This document shows, piece by piece, positions 7,877-15,522 of a DNA stretch of 28,573 bases (position 1 is the first letter of the stretch; each line of letters starts with the position of its first letter). The notes beneath the pieces were generated by a model, which did no database searches, was not told where the DNA came from, and saw only the letters and a program-made list of their open reading frames with translations. The DNA lies in IMG/VR virus record IMGVR_UViG_3300025118_000103, positions 1 through 28,573 of that record. One strand, 5' to 3'. The stretch is from a virus. Lineage: Duplodnaviria; Caudoviricetes. The position numbers and the translations under genes were made by a program.

Positions 7877-8321
7877 ATTTTTTTCTCCAAAAATCATCAG
7901 CTAAATCAGAACTTGATTGAATCTTTACACCACCTATGTTGAAAATTAATCCAACTCCGTATTGTTGACAAACATCAGCTTCGGGTATATCCTCTCTACC
8001 TTTCCTGTCACCACCGTTAGCAAACAAACTTATCTTATTAGATAACTCCTGACATAGTTCTTGTAGTGTTAAACAGACAGTATGGTCTTTATCTATAGAG
8101 GGTACTACTCGGTCAACTGCTTTTAAGTTAGCTATGACCTCCATACGCTCCTCAAAAGGCATAAACACGTACCCTTTTTTCTCTTCTAAAAACTCATCCT
8201 TGTTTACTATCACTATTAGTTCACCTCCTAATGGGTTAACCAAATCTTTAGCTTCATTAAACATACGGACATGCCCAACATGTATTGGGTCAAACCCACC
8301 ACTAACTACTACACTACTCAT
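7779..8321 (-). CDS. HxGH cytidylyltransferase-like protein (TagD/RfaE/RibL superfamily)
   Basis: SGGFDPIHVGH, FMPFEERMEV, FANGGDR, GGVKIQSSS. Confidence 0.92.
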   Translation of the reverse strand: MSSVVVSGGFDPIHVGHVRMFNEAKDLVNPLGGELIVIVNKDEFLEEKKGYVFMPFEERMEVIANLKAVDRVVPSIDKDHTVCLTLQELCQELSNKISLFANGGDRKGREDIPEADVCQQYGVGLIFNIGGVKIQSSSDLADDFWRKKYEQLSGKKLSSGSKVRVDDKRGNGKTDKGSSS

Positions 8322-8467
8322 TTTCCCTGCCCCCTGTAGGCTTTCCTACTTCTCTTTTTGTGTTTGTTCATTGTCGATGTTCCTATATTGTTTCGACCAA
8401 TAGAGGTTTTCTTCCCTCTTGATCCAGTGTTAGAAACATGACTTATATTTACTGTTGCTTTTCTCAT
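8318..8467 (-). CDS. 49-aa very basic peptide ending YRGQGK (absent from the ORF track)
   Basis: MRKATVNISHVSNTGSRGKKTSIGRNNIGTSTMNKHKKRSRKAYRGQGK; GGAG RBS; ATGA overlap with the next gene. Confidence 0.8.
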   Translation of the reverse strand: MRKATVNISHVSNTGSRGKKTSIGRNNIGTSTMNKHKKRSRKAYRGQGK

Positions 8468-8475
8468 TTTTCTCC

Positions 8476-8502
8476 AAAAAAGGGGAGCAATTACGCTCCC
8501 CT
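8476..8502 (-). terminator. Rho-independent terminator
   Basis: AGGGGAGC-GTAATT-GCTCCCCT followed by a T-run on the minus strand, just after the 8514 stop. Confidence 0.85.
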
Positions 8503-8513
8503 CTAAATTGTAG

Positions 8514-9044
8514 TTAGACTAATTCAATGTAACCCTGCTTAACATCATAAGCTACATCACGTGAACCAAGATTCTCAATATTCTTGTCAAGAACAGTTTG
8601 CACTTTAGGTTTCCCTTTATAGTGCTCTAACCTATTCTTAATAATACCTGATTGAACTTTAGCTGCTCGTTCCTCAACGATACTAACCTTCTTGTTCACG
8701 TCCAGTTTACTACGGTTCCTCTTACTAGAGGAGTTTGGTTTTCCTGTTACCTTCGCTTTTACAGTTTTAGGTAATTCAGCAGGAACGTACTCCTGTGCTT
8801 TTTCGCTTAAGAGAGTAAAAAGACGTTCTGCAGCAGTCTGCTTATCTTTAAACTTCTTAACTGGTTTATCGGCATACTTATTATAAAGCTGTACCATAAA
8901 CGCTGTTTGCCATTTGACCATGCCACCTGCATTAATTGCATACTTAATGCCCATTGGCATTTTGGCTACGTCATCTGTTTTGACGGCAGTGCCGTCTTCA
9001 AGTACACCTATTGCGTACTCATTACTTGGGTCTTGTTTTGACAT
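8514..9044 (-). CDS. Basic two-domain hypothetical protein, possibly DNA-binding
   Basis: AGGAG RBS; LYNKYADKPVKKFKDKQTAAERL N-domain, Lys-rich linker, RLEHY..DVAYDVKQGYIEL C-domain. Confidence 0.8.
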   Translation of the reverse strand: MSKQDPSNEYAIGVLEDGTAVKTDDVAKMPMGIKYAINAGGMVKWQTAFMVQLYNKYADKPVKKFKDKQTAAERLFTLLSEKAQEYVPAELPKTVKAKVTGKPNSSSKRNRSKLDVNKKVSIVEERAAKVQSGIIKNRLEHYKGKPKVQTVLDKNIENLGSRDVAYDVKQGYIELV

Positions 9045-9072
9045 ATGTCTCTCCTATCTTTTCAAGACATTT

Positions 9073-9101
9073 ACTCTAACTCATTTATTTATTAAAGTAA
9101 A
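9073..9101 (-). promoter_or_regulatory. Putative promoter (TTTACT class)
   Basis: TTTACT-17 nt-TAGAGT in the intergenic gap. Confidence 0.5.
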
Positions 9102-9105
9102 GTGA

Positions 9106-9405
9106 TTAGTGGTATCTTGTAGTGACACCACGAAATTTAATAAAACCATCTTTGAGGGCTTGATTCATCACATCTAGTAATTCATCATCAGTTAATAATA
9201 ATGGGTCATTTGAGTCTGCTGGCGTAATCGCCATATAGACTGCTGACCATAAAAAACCAGAAATGAGAAGACTGGGGTGGTATTCCCCAGTCTTAACAAG
9301 TTCCTCAGCAAAGGCAGTTAATTTTTGCGCAACTTCCATTGTCGCTTCTTCCATTTCCAGAAGCGAATGGATTGCTATCTCAAATTCATCATGCTGTTTT
9401 GGCAT
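9106..9405 (-). CDS. Hypothetical protein
   Basis: Overlaps the DUF932 stop; plausible coupling. Confidence 0.75.
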   Translation of the reverse strand: MPKQHDEFEIAIHSLLEMEEATMEVAQKLTAFAEELVKTGEYHPSLLISGFLWSAVYMAITPADSNDPLLLTDDELLDVMNQALKDGFIKFRGVTTRYH

Positions 9406-10423
9406 ACTCTATCGCTTTGTCTAGTGCTCGTTCTTTTAGTTTACTACGAGAACCGAACCAAGCGTTATGCATTGCTGAATCTCTATCGTATCCCCACTTG
9501 TGGTCTACTATAAAAGTAACAGCATTGTACGCACCCCACCATGTACCTTTTGAAGATAGCATGTCTGCTCCTGGTTGTTGCTCTAAAGCTTCATAAACCA
9601 TACTAGGTGTTTTCTTAAACTCATCTACCATAGTTTGTCGCTTTGCAATCTTCCTAACATCAGACTCATGCTCAAGCTTTATTTGCTCAGTCAATAAGTT
9701 TGGTTGAAGAAGGTCTGCTATGAAAGTAACAACGTCATCCTTTTTGTACTTTTTAGTAGTCAAAAATTCTGCTTGTTCTTTATACTCTTTCATTTTATTT
9801 GAAGCTAGACCAAGTGCAAGTTCCGCAGAGGAGATAATCTCCTCATCAAAGGCTCTGATATGAGGCATTTTAAAAACACCTCTTTGACCTTCTTGACTCA
9901 TAGCTAAGCTAAGCGTGTTATTACAGACTACACGAATAGGTGTGAATCTAATTTCATTAGACTTACCCCACTGGTGTGATACTGCTACTAACATGTAACC
10001 CTCAACCTTGTCGTCTCCTGGAAGCACAAAACCATCATTGATTTTTGCTAACCCCCAGACTTGTTTACCTTCTTTCAAAGAACCTGCAGTTTCCATTTTC
10101 ATGTCACCTGCATCAGTGAACTTTTTAAAGAACGTGAACGCGTCACGGTTTTGAGTTGGAATGAAGTCAGGTCCACAAGGTCCAAAAGCCTTTTGATCAT
10201 TATCACGTACAAGTACATGAAAACCATCAACGGGCATGAACTCAGGGTCTGACTCGTTATACTGAGGAGTGGTGTGTGTAAACATGTGTCGTTTACTAAC
10301 GGTCCAATCCAATCCAGCTGCCACTAGCATTTCATCAGGTGTCAAGTTATCTTCAACTTGAACTCCTAATCCGTGCCAGGGGACTTCTCCTGCATAAGCC
10401 ATGGTCTCTACCATATGTGCCAT
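9389..10423 (-). CDS. DUF932 / TIGR03299 phage-plasmid protein
   Basis: MAHMVETMAYAGEVPWHGLG, AAGLDWTV, ETAGSL, FTPIRVVCNNTL, GTWWGAYNAVT. Confidence 0.92.
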   Translation of the reverse strand: MAHMVETMAYAGEVPWHGLGVQVEDNLTPDEMLVAAGLDWTVSKRHMFTHTTPQYNESDPEFMPVDGFHVLVRDNDQKAFGPCGPDFIPTQNRDAFTFFKKFTDAGDMKMETAGSLKEGKQVWGLAKINDGFVLPGDDKVEGYMLVAVSHQWGKSNEIRFTPIRVVCNNTLSLAMSQEGQRGVFKMPHIRAFDEEIISSAELALGLASNKMKEYKEQAEFLTTKKYKKDDVVTFIADLLQPNLLTEQIKLEHESDVRKIAKRQTMVDEFKKTPSMVYEALEQQPGADMLSSKGTWWGAYNAVTFIVDHKWGYDRDSAMHNAWFGSRSKLKERALDKAIEYAKTA

Positions 10424-10524
10424 ATGTTTTCTCCTGTTTTTATATTAATGTTAAACAACTCACCTAGGAAGTAGTAACTACTTAATAGGTGAGGTAAGCA
10501 TATAGCTGACTAAACGATTGTAAA
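10424..10524 (-). promoter_or_regulatory. Promoter, 5' hairpin and RBS leader cassette
   Basis: TTTACA (10524-10519), 16 nt, TATGCT (10502-10497); stem CTCACCTA/TAGGTGAG (10459-10493); TGTTTAA (10457-10451); AGGAG. Confidence 0.75.
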
Positions 10525-10567
10525 GGGTTATGTTAAGAATGGCTAGTGAATTGCGAACATTTGTTTA

Positions 10568-10628
10568 AATAAAAAATGGGCTGACATCCGTGAATATGTT
10601 AGCATAAATATGCTAGAATGCCAGCCCA
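10568..10628 (-). terminator. 3'-terminal stem and U-tract of the candidate ncRNA
   Basis: TGGGCTGGCAT...ATGTCAGCCCA followed by TTTTTTATTT on the minus strand. Confidence 0.6.
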
Positions 10629-10935
10629 CTATGGGATCATCGGCACCAGAGTTATTAACAACTCTGGCTGGAAATGCTATTATGAAACAGCCAACTCCCA
10701 CCGCAGGTGTTATTTATTCCCCACCGCCTGCTGGGGTATCAATTCATAAAACTCAGTCAGTTAGTGTGGCTACGGTTAGAAGGTGCCAATTTCATTCTAA
10801 CATTCGTTAACTGCACCACATAGCCACACCAACCTAGTAAATAAACACTTGAAATATCTAATGCCTTATTCATAACTCTGGACAAAAGGCTCCATTATGT
10901 TGCCCACTAGGTCAATCAACCTATTTATTTACTTA
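10568..10935 (-). ncRNA. Candidate ~365-nt structured non-coding RNA of unknown class
   Basis: No credible ORF; at least six stems, with mismatches mostly resolving as G-U on the minus strand; promoter upstream; terminal stem plus U-tract. Confidence 0.7.
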
Positions 10936-10940
10936 CCTAT

Positions 10941-10968
10941 AGTTTAACTATGATTATACGAATGTAAA
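10941..10968 (-). promoter_or_regulatory. Promoter pointing into the gene-free structured region
   Basis: TTTACA (10968-10963), 16 nt, TAAACT (10946-10941); same geometry as the other phage promoters; no RBS/ATG follows. Confidence 0.6.
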
Positions 10969-10973
10969 AACAT

Positions 10974-11354
10974 TTATTTACTAAATAAAATGTTTCTTAA
11001 AGCGTTCCAGTCGTAAGGAGCACTTAGTTCTAATAGGCTAGGATGCTTTAACCCTTGATCTCTTACCTCACGTGCGTCTAGTCCAGAAAAAAGATGCAAT
11101 GTTCTTTTGTCAGTACCTACTAATATATAAGTAGCCACCCCTGCTCTTCCGAACTTAACTAACCAAGAAATTTGCTCAGGTCTTAGCTTAACTGCATTAG
11201 TCGTCGTGACTTTAAGCTCTACCCAGCAGCAGTTGGAATCATAAACTCCAAATACATCAGCTATACCTCTACCAGTTCCACCTGTTTCTACCCTTTGCCA
11301 AAGGACGTCATCAAGTTTATCCCTAAGGTTGTTCCAAAGATTACTCTCTTTCAC
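10974..11354 (-). CDS. VRR-NUC / Holliday-junction-resolvase-like PD-(D/E)xK nuclease
   Basis: QRVET..GIADVFG..WVELK..LRPEQISW; next to polA. Confidence 0.85.
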   Translation of the reverse strand: MKESNLWNNLRDKLDDVLWQRVETGGTGRGIADVFGVYDSNCCWVELKVTTTNAVKLRPEQISWLVKFGRAGVATYILVGTDKRTLHLFSGLDAREVRDQGLKHPSLLELSAPYDWNALRNILFSK

Positions 11355-11658
11355 CAGACAGAGTTATCATTTTTGCACCCTGCTCACTCATCCACTTACG
11401 CATGAGTTCATGGAGTCGTTTACCTTTAACCCCTAGTTCTTTTAAAGAATCTTCCTTGCTTTTGTATCTGATATACCCTTGATAGTAGTCTCCGTTACCA
11501 AGCTGACAACGACGTATAATCTGCCAAACACGTTGCTTGGTGAGCTTGTACTCATTGGCAAGACCATCCATCGTTATGCCACTACCTTTATATTCTCTGT
11601 AGATTTGACTATTTCTATCAAATTGTACTTTTTGATCAGCTTCACTAATCCCTTTCAT
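11341..11658 (-). CDS. Helix-turn-helix protein (sigma70 region 4 / Mor-like)
   Basis: RNSQIYREY..GITMDGLANEYKLTKQRVWQIIRR; start likely ATG 11658. Confidence 0.75.
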   Translation of the reverse strand: MKGISEADQKVQFDRNSQIYREYKGSGITMDGLANEYKLTKQRVWQIIRRCQLGNGDYYQGYIRYKSKEDSLKELGVKGKRLHELMRKWMSEQGAKMITLSGERE

Positions 11659-13537
11659 TAAATGCCTCCTCATAAGACGTTGTTGCATTACCCCAAGTTG
11701 TACCTAATTCGGCATCAACTAAGTTGGGGACTTCTAATTGAACACAGTTCTCCATTATTTCTTTTATTTCTTTTGCTTGTTGTTTTGTTTCTACTGATAT
11801 ATCTAGTTCATCGTGTACTTGTACGTGCGGAACATAACCTTCTTTATATAGGTCGACCATAGCTTTCTTTGTCATATCTGCTGCTGAACCTTGTATCAAA
11901 CGATTCAGTGCCTTATAAGTGTATGATCTTACTATATTTTCTTCCCCCCACTTCTCTGAAGCTTCGGGGTAGGCTAGAGGTATGTTACGTTGACCACGTG
12001 GTTCAAAAAGATTAAAGCGACACTTTCTTCCCAGTAACGTAGTTACATGACCACGATTACTAGCGTTACGCATACAGGAATCAGCTAATGCTTTAACAAA
12101 CGGTACTCGGTGGTGGTACTTAGCAATTAAGTCCTCAGCTTCGGTATCTGAAATACCAAGCATTGAGATTAATTTCTTTTTACCCATACCATAAGAGAGA
12201 GCCAAGTTAATGTCCTTTGCCTGTTTTCTGGGGATGTTAGCCATGTCCGCCACTATCTGGTGGAAGTCTGCATTCTGATCCCTATACTGTTCAACAGCAT
12301 TTTGTGCTCCTGGCTGATTAGTGAGAGAAGCATAATGTACAGTCAGTCTGGGTTCTTGCTGGCTATAGTCAAACGCTCCCCATAAACACCCCTCCTCAGG
12401 GATAAAAAGCCCACGTATCAAAGGTCCAAGTTCTGGGTCTCTAGCTGGTACTTGTTGCAGGTTAGGTGTGCTATAGCTAAATCTACCAGTTACCGTACCC
12501 CCATCATCAGAACGTAAAGGATGCATTTGACCATGTATCCTGCCGTTATGTGAGTGCTCAAATATCATCTTTTCTATGAAGGTAGTACGCATCTTATTAT
12601 ATCTACGTGCCTTCACAATAGATTGAGGTAACTCGTGTGAGTGACCTTCTAACCATTGAGCAGTAAAGCTGGGTTGATTAGACTTAGGTGTTCTAGGGTA
12701 AGTTAGATTAGCTTTATCAAAAGCTTTGGCTATTGACCTAGCATTCCACACCTCTATAGGTACACCGTAATCTTTTTTGATTTGATCCAGTAATCTTTTT
12801 TCCTCACCCTTTAGGTAATGGGACTTTTCGTCTGCAGCATTTTCGTCAACACGTACACCTCTCCACCGCATCTCAATGAGTAAGGGGAGTAAGTCTCTTT
12901 CTAAACCATAGATTTGATTAACCTCTTCTTTTTCCATAAGTTCTTTTAAAACCTGCCAAAGTTTTAAAGTCAAAACAGCATCTTGTTCAGCATATGGTCC
13001 AACGTAGTTAGAAGGAAGCTTCCACATTTCAGCTTTAGGATCAACCCCAAAAGAATGTGCTGCTTCTCTAAGTAAAGACTCATCCTTACGTTCACCACAA
13101 TACTCTGAACCTAATGAATCTAGAGAATATCTATTTCTATTTTCATTAACTAAAGGTGCAGCAATCATTGTGTCTTGGATAGTGCCTGTTACCTCAACTC
13201 CTAACCTTTTTAACCAACCCACATCGTACATAGCGTTATGGAATATTTTGTCTGAAGAAGTTGCCATCTGTTTTTTAAGCCAGTTAACAACAAAATCTTT
13301 TTCTAAATTCCCACCACCCTGATGTTTAAATGGCAAATATCCTGACCAACCCTCAGTAGCTACTGATACCCCTACAACTTCACCTGTATCCGTAGCCCAT
13401 CCTGGACCTTTTAATATAAGACCTGGATCACAAGTTTCCAAGTCTATTGCTATTTCCTTAGCAGAACTTAAATCAGGTAAGTTTTGTGGAGGAGACCATT
13501 TGCTTTCTGGAGCAAAGAGAGGCATTTGTTGTGTCAT
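11645..13537 (-). CDS. polA: Family A DNA polymerase with 3'-5' exonuclease domain
   Basis: Exo motifs IAIDLET, FHNAMYD, YAEQDA; TVTGRFSYSTPNLQQVP; motif A DYSQQEPR; motif B RKQAKDINLALSYGMG; motif C VHDEL. Confidence 0.97.
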   Translation of the reverse strand: MTQQMPLFAPESKWSPPQNLPDLSSAKEIAIDLETCDPGLILKGPGWATDTGEVVGVSVATEGWSGYLPFKHQGGGNLEKDFVVNWLKKQMATSSDKIFHNAMYDVGWLKRLGVEVTGTIQDTMIAAPLVNENRNRYSLDSLGSEYCGERKDESLLREAAHSFGVDPKAEMWKLPSNYVGPYAEQDAVLTLKLWQVLKELMEKEEVNQIYGLERDLLPLLIEMRWRGVRVDENAADEKSHYLKGEEKRLLDQIKKDYGVPIEVWNARSIAKAFDKANLTYPRTPKSNQPSFTAQWLEGHSHELPQSIVKARRYNKMRTTFIEKMIFEHSHNGRIHGQMHPLRSDDGGTVTGRFSYSTPNLQQVPARDPELGPLIRGLFIPEEGCLWGAFDYSQQEPRLTVHYASLTNQPGAQNAVEQYRDQNADFHQIVADMANIPRKQAKDINLALSYGMGKKKLISMLGISDTEAEDLIAKYHHRVPFVKALADSCMRNASNRGHVTTLLGRKCRFNLFEPRGQRNIPLAYPEASEKWGEENIVRSYTYKALNRLIQGSAADMTKKAMVDLYKEGYVPHVQVHDELDISVETKQQAKEIKEIMENCVQLEVPNLVDAELGTTWGNATTSYEEAFNERD

Positions 13538-13671
13538 ATATCCTCCTTATCTTTAATTTCAGTATGTAAAGCCTCAACTAAAAACCAAAAAAGAAAGAAG
13601 GGAAGGAAGAGTAATCCCAATAGGACAAATAATGCTATCTCCCACCATTTACTGAATATAGGTACTTCCAT
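13534..13671 (-). CDS. 45-aa membrane peptide (absent from the ORF track)
   Basis: MEVPIFSKWWEIALFVLLGLLFLPFFLFWFLVEALHTEIKDKEDI; GGAG RBS; ATGA overlap with polA. Confidence 0.65.
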   Translation of the reverse strand: MEVPIFSKWWEIALFVLLGLLFLPFFLFWFLVEALHTEIKDKEDI

Positions 13672-13673
13672 AA

Positions 13674-13778
13674 TTACATCTCCGCGTTGTCGTCATCAAA
13701 GTAAATTATGGCATAAGCAGGTGCAGCAAAGCAGACAATAATAGCTATGATACGCAGTATATCTATTAATATTTCCAT
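13674..13778 (-). CDS. 34-aa membrane peptide (absent from the ORF track)
   Basis: MEILIDILRIIAIIVCFAAPAYAIIYFDDDNAEM; TAATG coupling. Confidence 0.6.
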   Translation of the reverse strand: MEILIDILRIIAIIVCFAAPAYAIIYFDDDNAEM

Positions 13779-14236
13779 TACTCTATCCCCCAAGAACCAT
13801 TCTTATTAACCCAACCTTTTTCAATAAGCTTTTTTTCTACAGCCTTTTCTTCTTTTGAAACTTCCGCCAATAAAGACTCAAGTTCTTTTCGTCTGGTTTC
13901 CAGTTCTTTTTCTCGTTTCATTAAATCAACGCTCAAGACTGCATCTTGTTCGTCTTTCATTAAGTTAGCTTTCTTTTTAGCCATTGGTTTTTCTCCCTTT
14001 TTTATTATTAATTTATAAATTGGGTCATTATCATCAAACCAACCCAATCTGTTTTTTGTAAATAGCATCGTCACTCCTGCTACTATCCCCACTCCTCCCA
14101 AAGTAATGCTTGTAGCTATCAGTAAAGCTATAGTCAAACTACTGGCTTGCCCTAATTCAAACTGTGATACTCCAAAATAAAAAGACGGAATTGATACAGT
14201 CAGTATCAAAAGTGCTTGTTTATTTCTTTTTATCAT
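13778..14236 (-). CDS. Two-TM membrane protein with coiled-coil tail; internal start at 13984
   Basis: Two hydrophobic helices, then GGGAG-8 nt-ATG (MAKKK...) in frame. Confidence 0.7.
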   Translation of the reverse strand: MIKRNKQALLILTVSIPSFYFGVSQFELGQASSLTIALLIATSITLGGVGIVAGVTMLFTKNRLGWFDDNDPIYKLIIKKGEKPMAKKKANLMKDEQDAVLSVDLMKREKELETRRKELESLLAEVSKEEKAVEKKLIEKGWVNKNGSWGIE

Positions 14237-14577
14237 TATTTTTTCTTAGCTTTTTTGCGAGTTACCTTAACAGCTTTTTTCTTTGGTGCTTTACCACCAA
14301 CATAAGCTTCATTAACGTCAGGTGTTGATTTATCATCAGCTTTATATGTACCTTTTTTAGTTCTAGCACGTTTAGGCTTCTCTTCAACCACATTAGCTTC
14401 TTCTATGCTATCAGGGAGATGTTCTTCAGGTCTATACTGATCAAGTATAACTTCTCCTGCTTTTTCCATCTCTACCTGTTTTCTTTTCTCTTCAAAAGGA
14501 CTTACATAAGCTTCCCTATGTTGTCGCATTGGGCTTTTTGAATCTTTCCCAAAGATTTTCTTCCAAAATCCAAACAT
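14236..14577 (-). CDS. Basic phage protein with RAR..KG..KADD..TPD.NEA motif
   Basis: RARTKKGTYKADDKSTPDVNEAY, a motif I recognise from aquatic phage hypotheticals; AGGAGG RBS. Confidence 0.8.
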   Translation of the reverse strand: MFGFWKKIFGKDSKSPMRQHREAYVSPFEEKRKQVEMEKAGEVILDQYRPEEHLPDSIEEANVVEEKPKRARTKKGTYKADDKSTPDVNEAYVGGKAPKKKAVKVTRKKAKKK

Positions 14578-14579
14578 AA

Positions 14580-14861
14580 TTAACCTCCTTTGGTGATATG
14601 TTCTTCAACTAATAGTAAATAGCGACGAAGGTCTTGTATATCATCTAGGATACCTTCATCACGAGGGTCCGCAGCAAATGCTTTAAACACATCGTAATTA
14701 TGGGTTTGTACCTGTAACTCAATACGATCCCACTTCCTCGCCAACATCATGAAGGCTCCTACACCTCCACGCTTACGCCATGAATCGCCGTAAGACTTTT
14801 CTGCTTGATCCAGACATTCTGCATCATTTAACGCAATCTCTTTAATTCTATCTTTTGCCAT
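14580..14861 (-). CDS. Nmad1/DUF1599-like all-alpha NTP-pyrophosphatase-type protein
   Basis: KSYGDSWRKRG..MLARKWDRIE..ILDDIQDLRRYLLL; sits with the modification genes; start likely ATG 14861. Confidence 0.65.
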   Translation of the reverse strand: MAKDRIKEIALNDAECLDQAEKSYGDSWRKRGGVGAFMMLARKWDRIELQVQTHNYDVFKAFAADPRDEGILDDIQDLRRYLLLVEEHITKGG

Positions 14862-15522
14862 AATCCTTACATATATTTTTATATGCACACCACCGACATG
14901 AGTTATCAGAAGGGGTGGCTGTAAATTCTACATCAGTGCACATAACAGTTGCACGTTCAGTGAACTTAACTTGAACTTCCTCTACTTCTTCTCTCGTACA
15001 AGCATGTCTTGTTATTTTTTGATGGTCTAAATACCATAACTCCGTCTCTACGTTTTCTAGGTCTGGAAACCGACTAAAAACCCCACATGCATAAAGAGAA
15101 CATTGATCTCTATACCCTGTCTGGTTAGACCAATATTTTCCTGTTTTAAAATCGATTACCTTCCCAAAGGCTTCCTCTTTTAAAAAGGCATCTATTTTAT
15201 AACGTCCCCAAGTAGTGTCCCCACTCCAAGGAGCAATAGCCCATTCTTTATCAAAAGCCCAGTCCTGTTCTACGTGTACCTTTTTCGCTAACCAGTCCTC
15301 TCTTAGCTTTTCAAAAGCTTCACTGAACAATCTTAATTCTTTAGGCATTATCTTTAGCTTACCTACGATATAGTCCTCAGCTAGTTGATGAATTCTAGTA
15401 CCCCTTTGAGCAGCAGGATGCTGTTCCTGTGGTATTTTCTCCACATAACTATAGTACGCTTTCTTAGGACAACTTTCATAAGTTCCTAACCTACTATAAG
15501 ACCAACGGTCTATGTTTGTCAT
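14848..15522 (-). CDS. Cas4/RecB-like PD-(D/E)xK exonuclease with predicted Fe-S staple
   Basis: WSYSRL..CP, RGTRIH, KID..VIDFKTG, QCSLYA, CRWC..KNIC. Confidence 0.9.
   Translation of the reverse strand: MTNIDRWSYSRLGTYESCPKKAYYSYVEKIPQEQHPAAQRGTRIHQLAEDYIVGKLKIMPKELRLFSEAFEKLREDWLAKKVHVEQDWAFDKEWAIAPWSGDTTWGRYKIDAFLKEEAFGKVIDFKTGKYWSNQTGYRDQCSLYACGVFSRFPDLENVETELWYLDHQKITRHACTREEVEEVQVKFTERATVMCTDVEFTATPSDNSCRWCAYKNICKDYGKR

Noticed and set aside
10610-10810. 66-aa + strand ORF in the intergenic region
   Set aside because: No RBS, opposite to local gene orientation, atypical composition; better explained by minus-strand RNA structure
10568-10935. tmRNA, RNase P RNA, group I/II intron or retron msr-msd identity
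   Set aside because: No tRNA-like ends or tag ORF, no GAGGAAAGUCC motif, no interrupted gene, no reverse transcriptase in the window. Judged by eye; cmscan is still needed.
14848-15522. Cas4-like gene as a sign of a CRISPR-Cas system
   Set aside because: No array or other cas genes; solo Cas4/RecB-like nucleases are routine in phage replication modules
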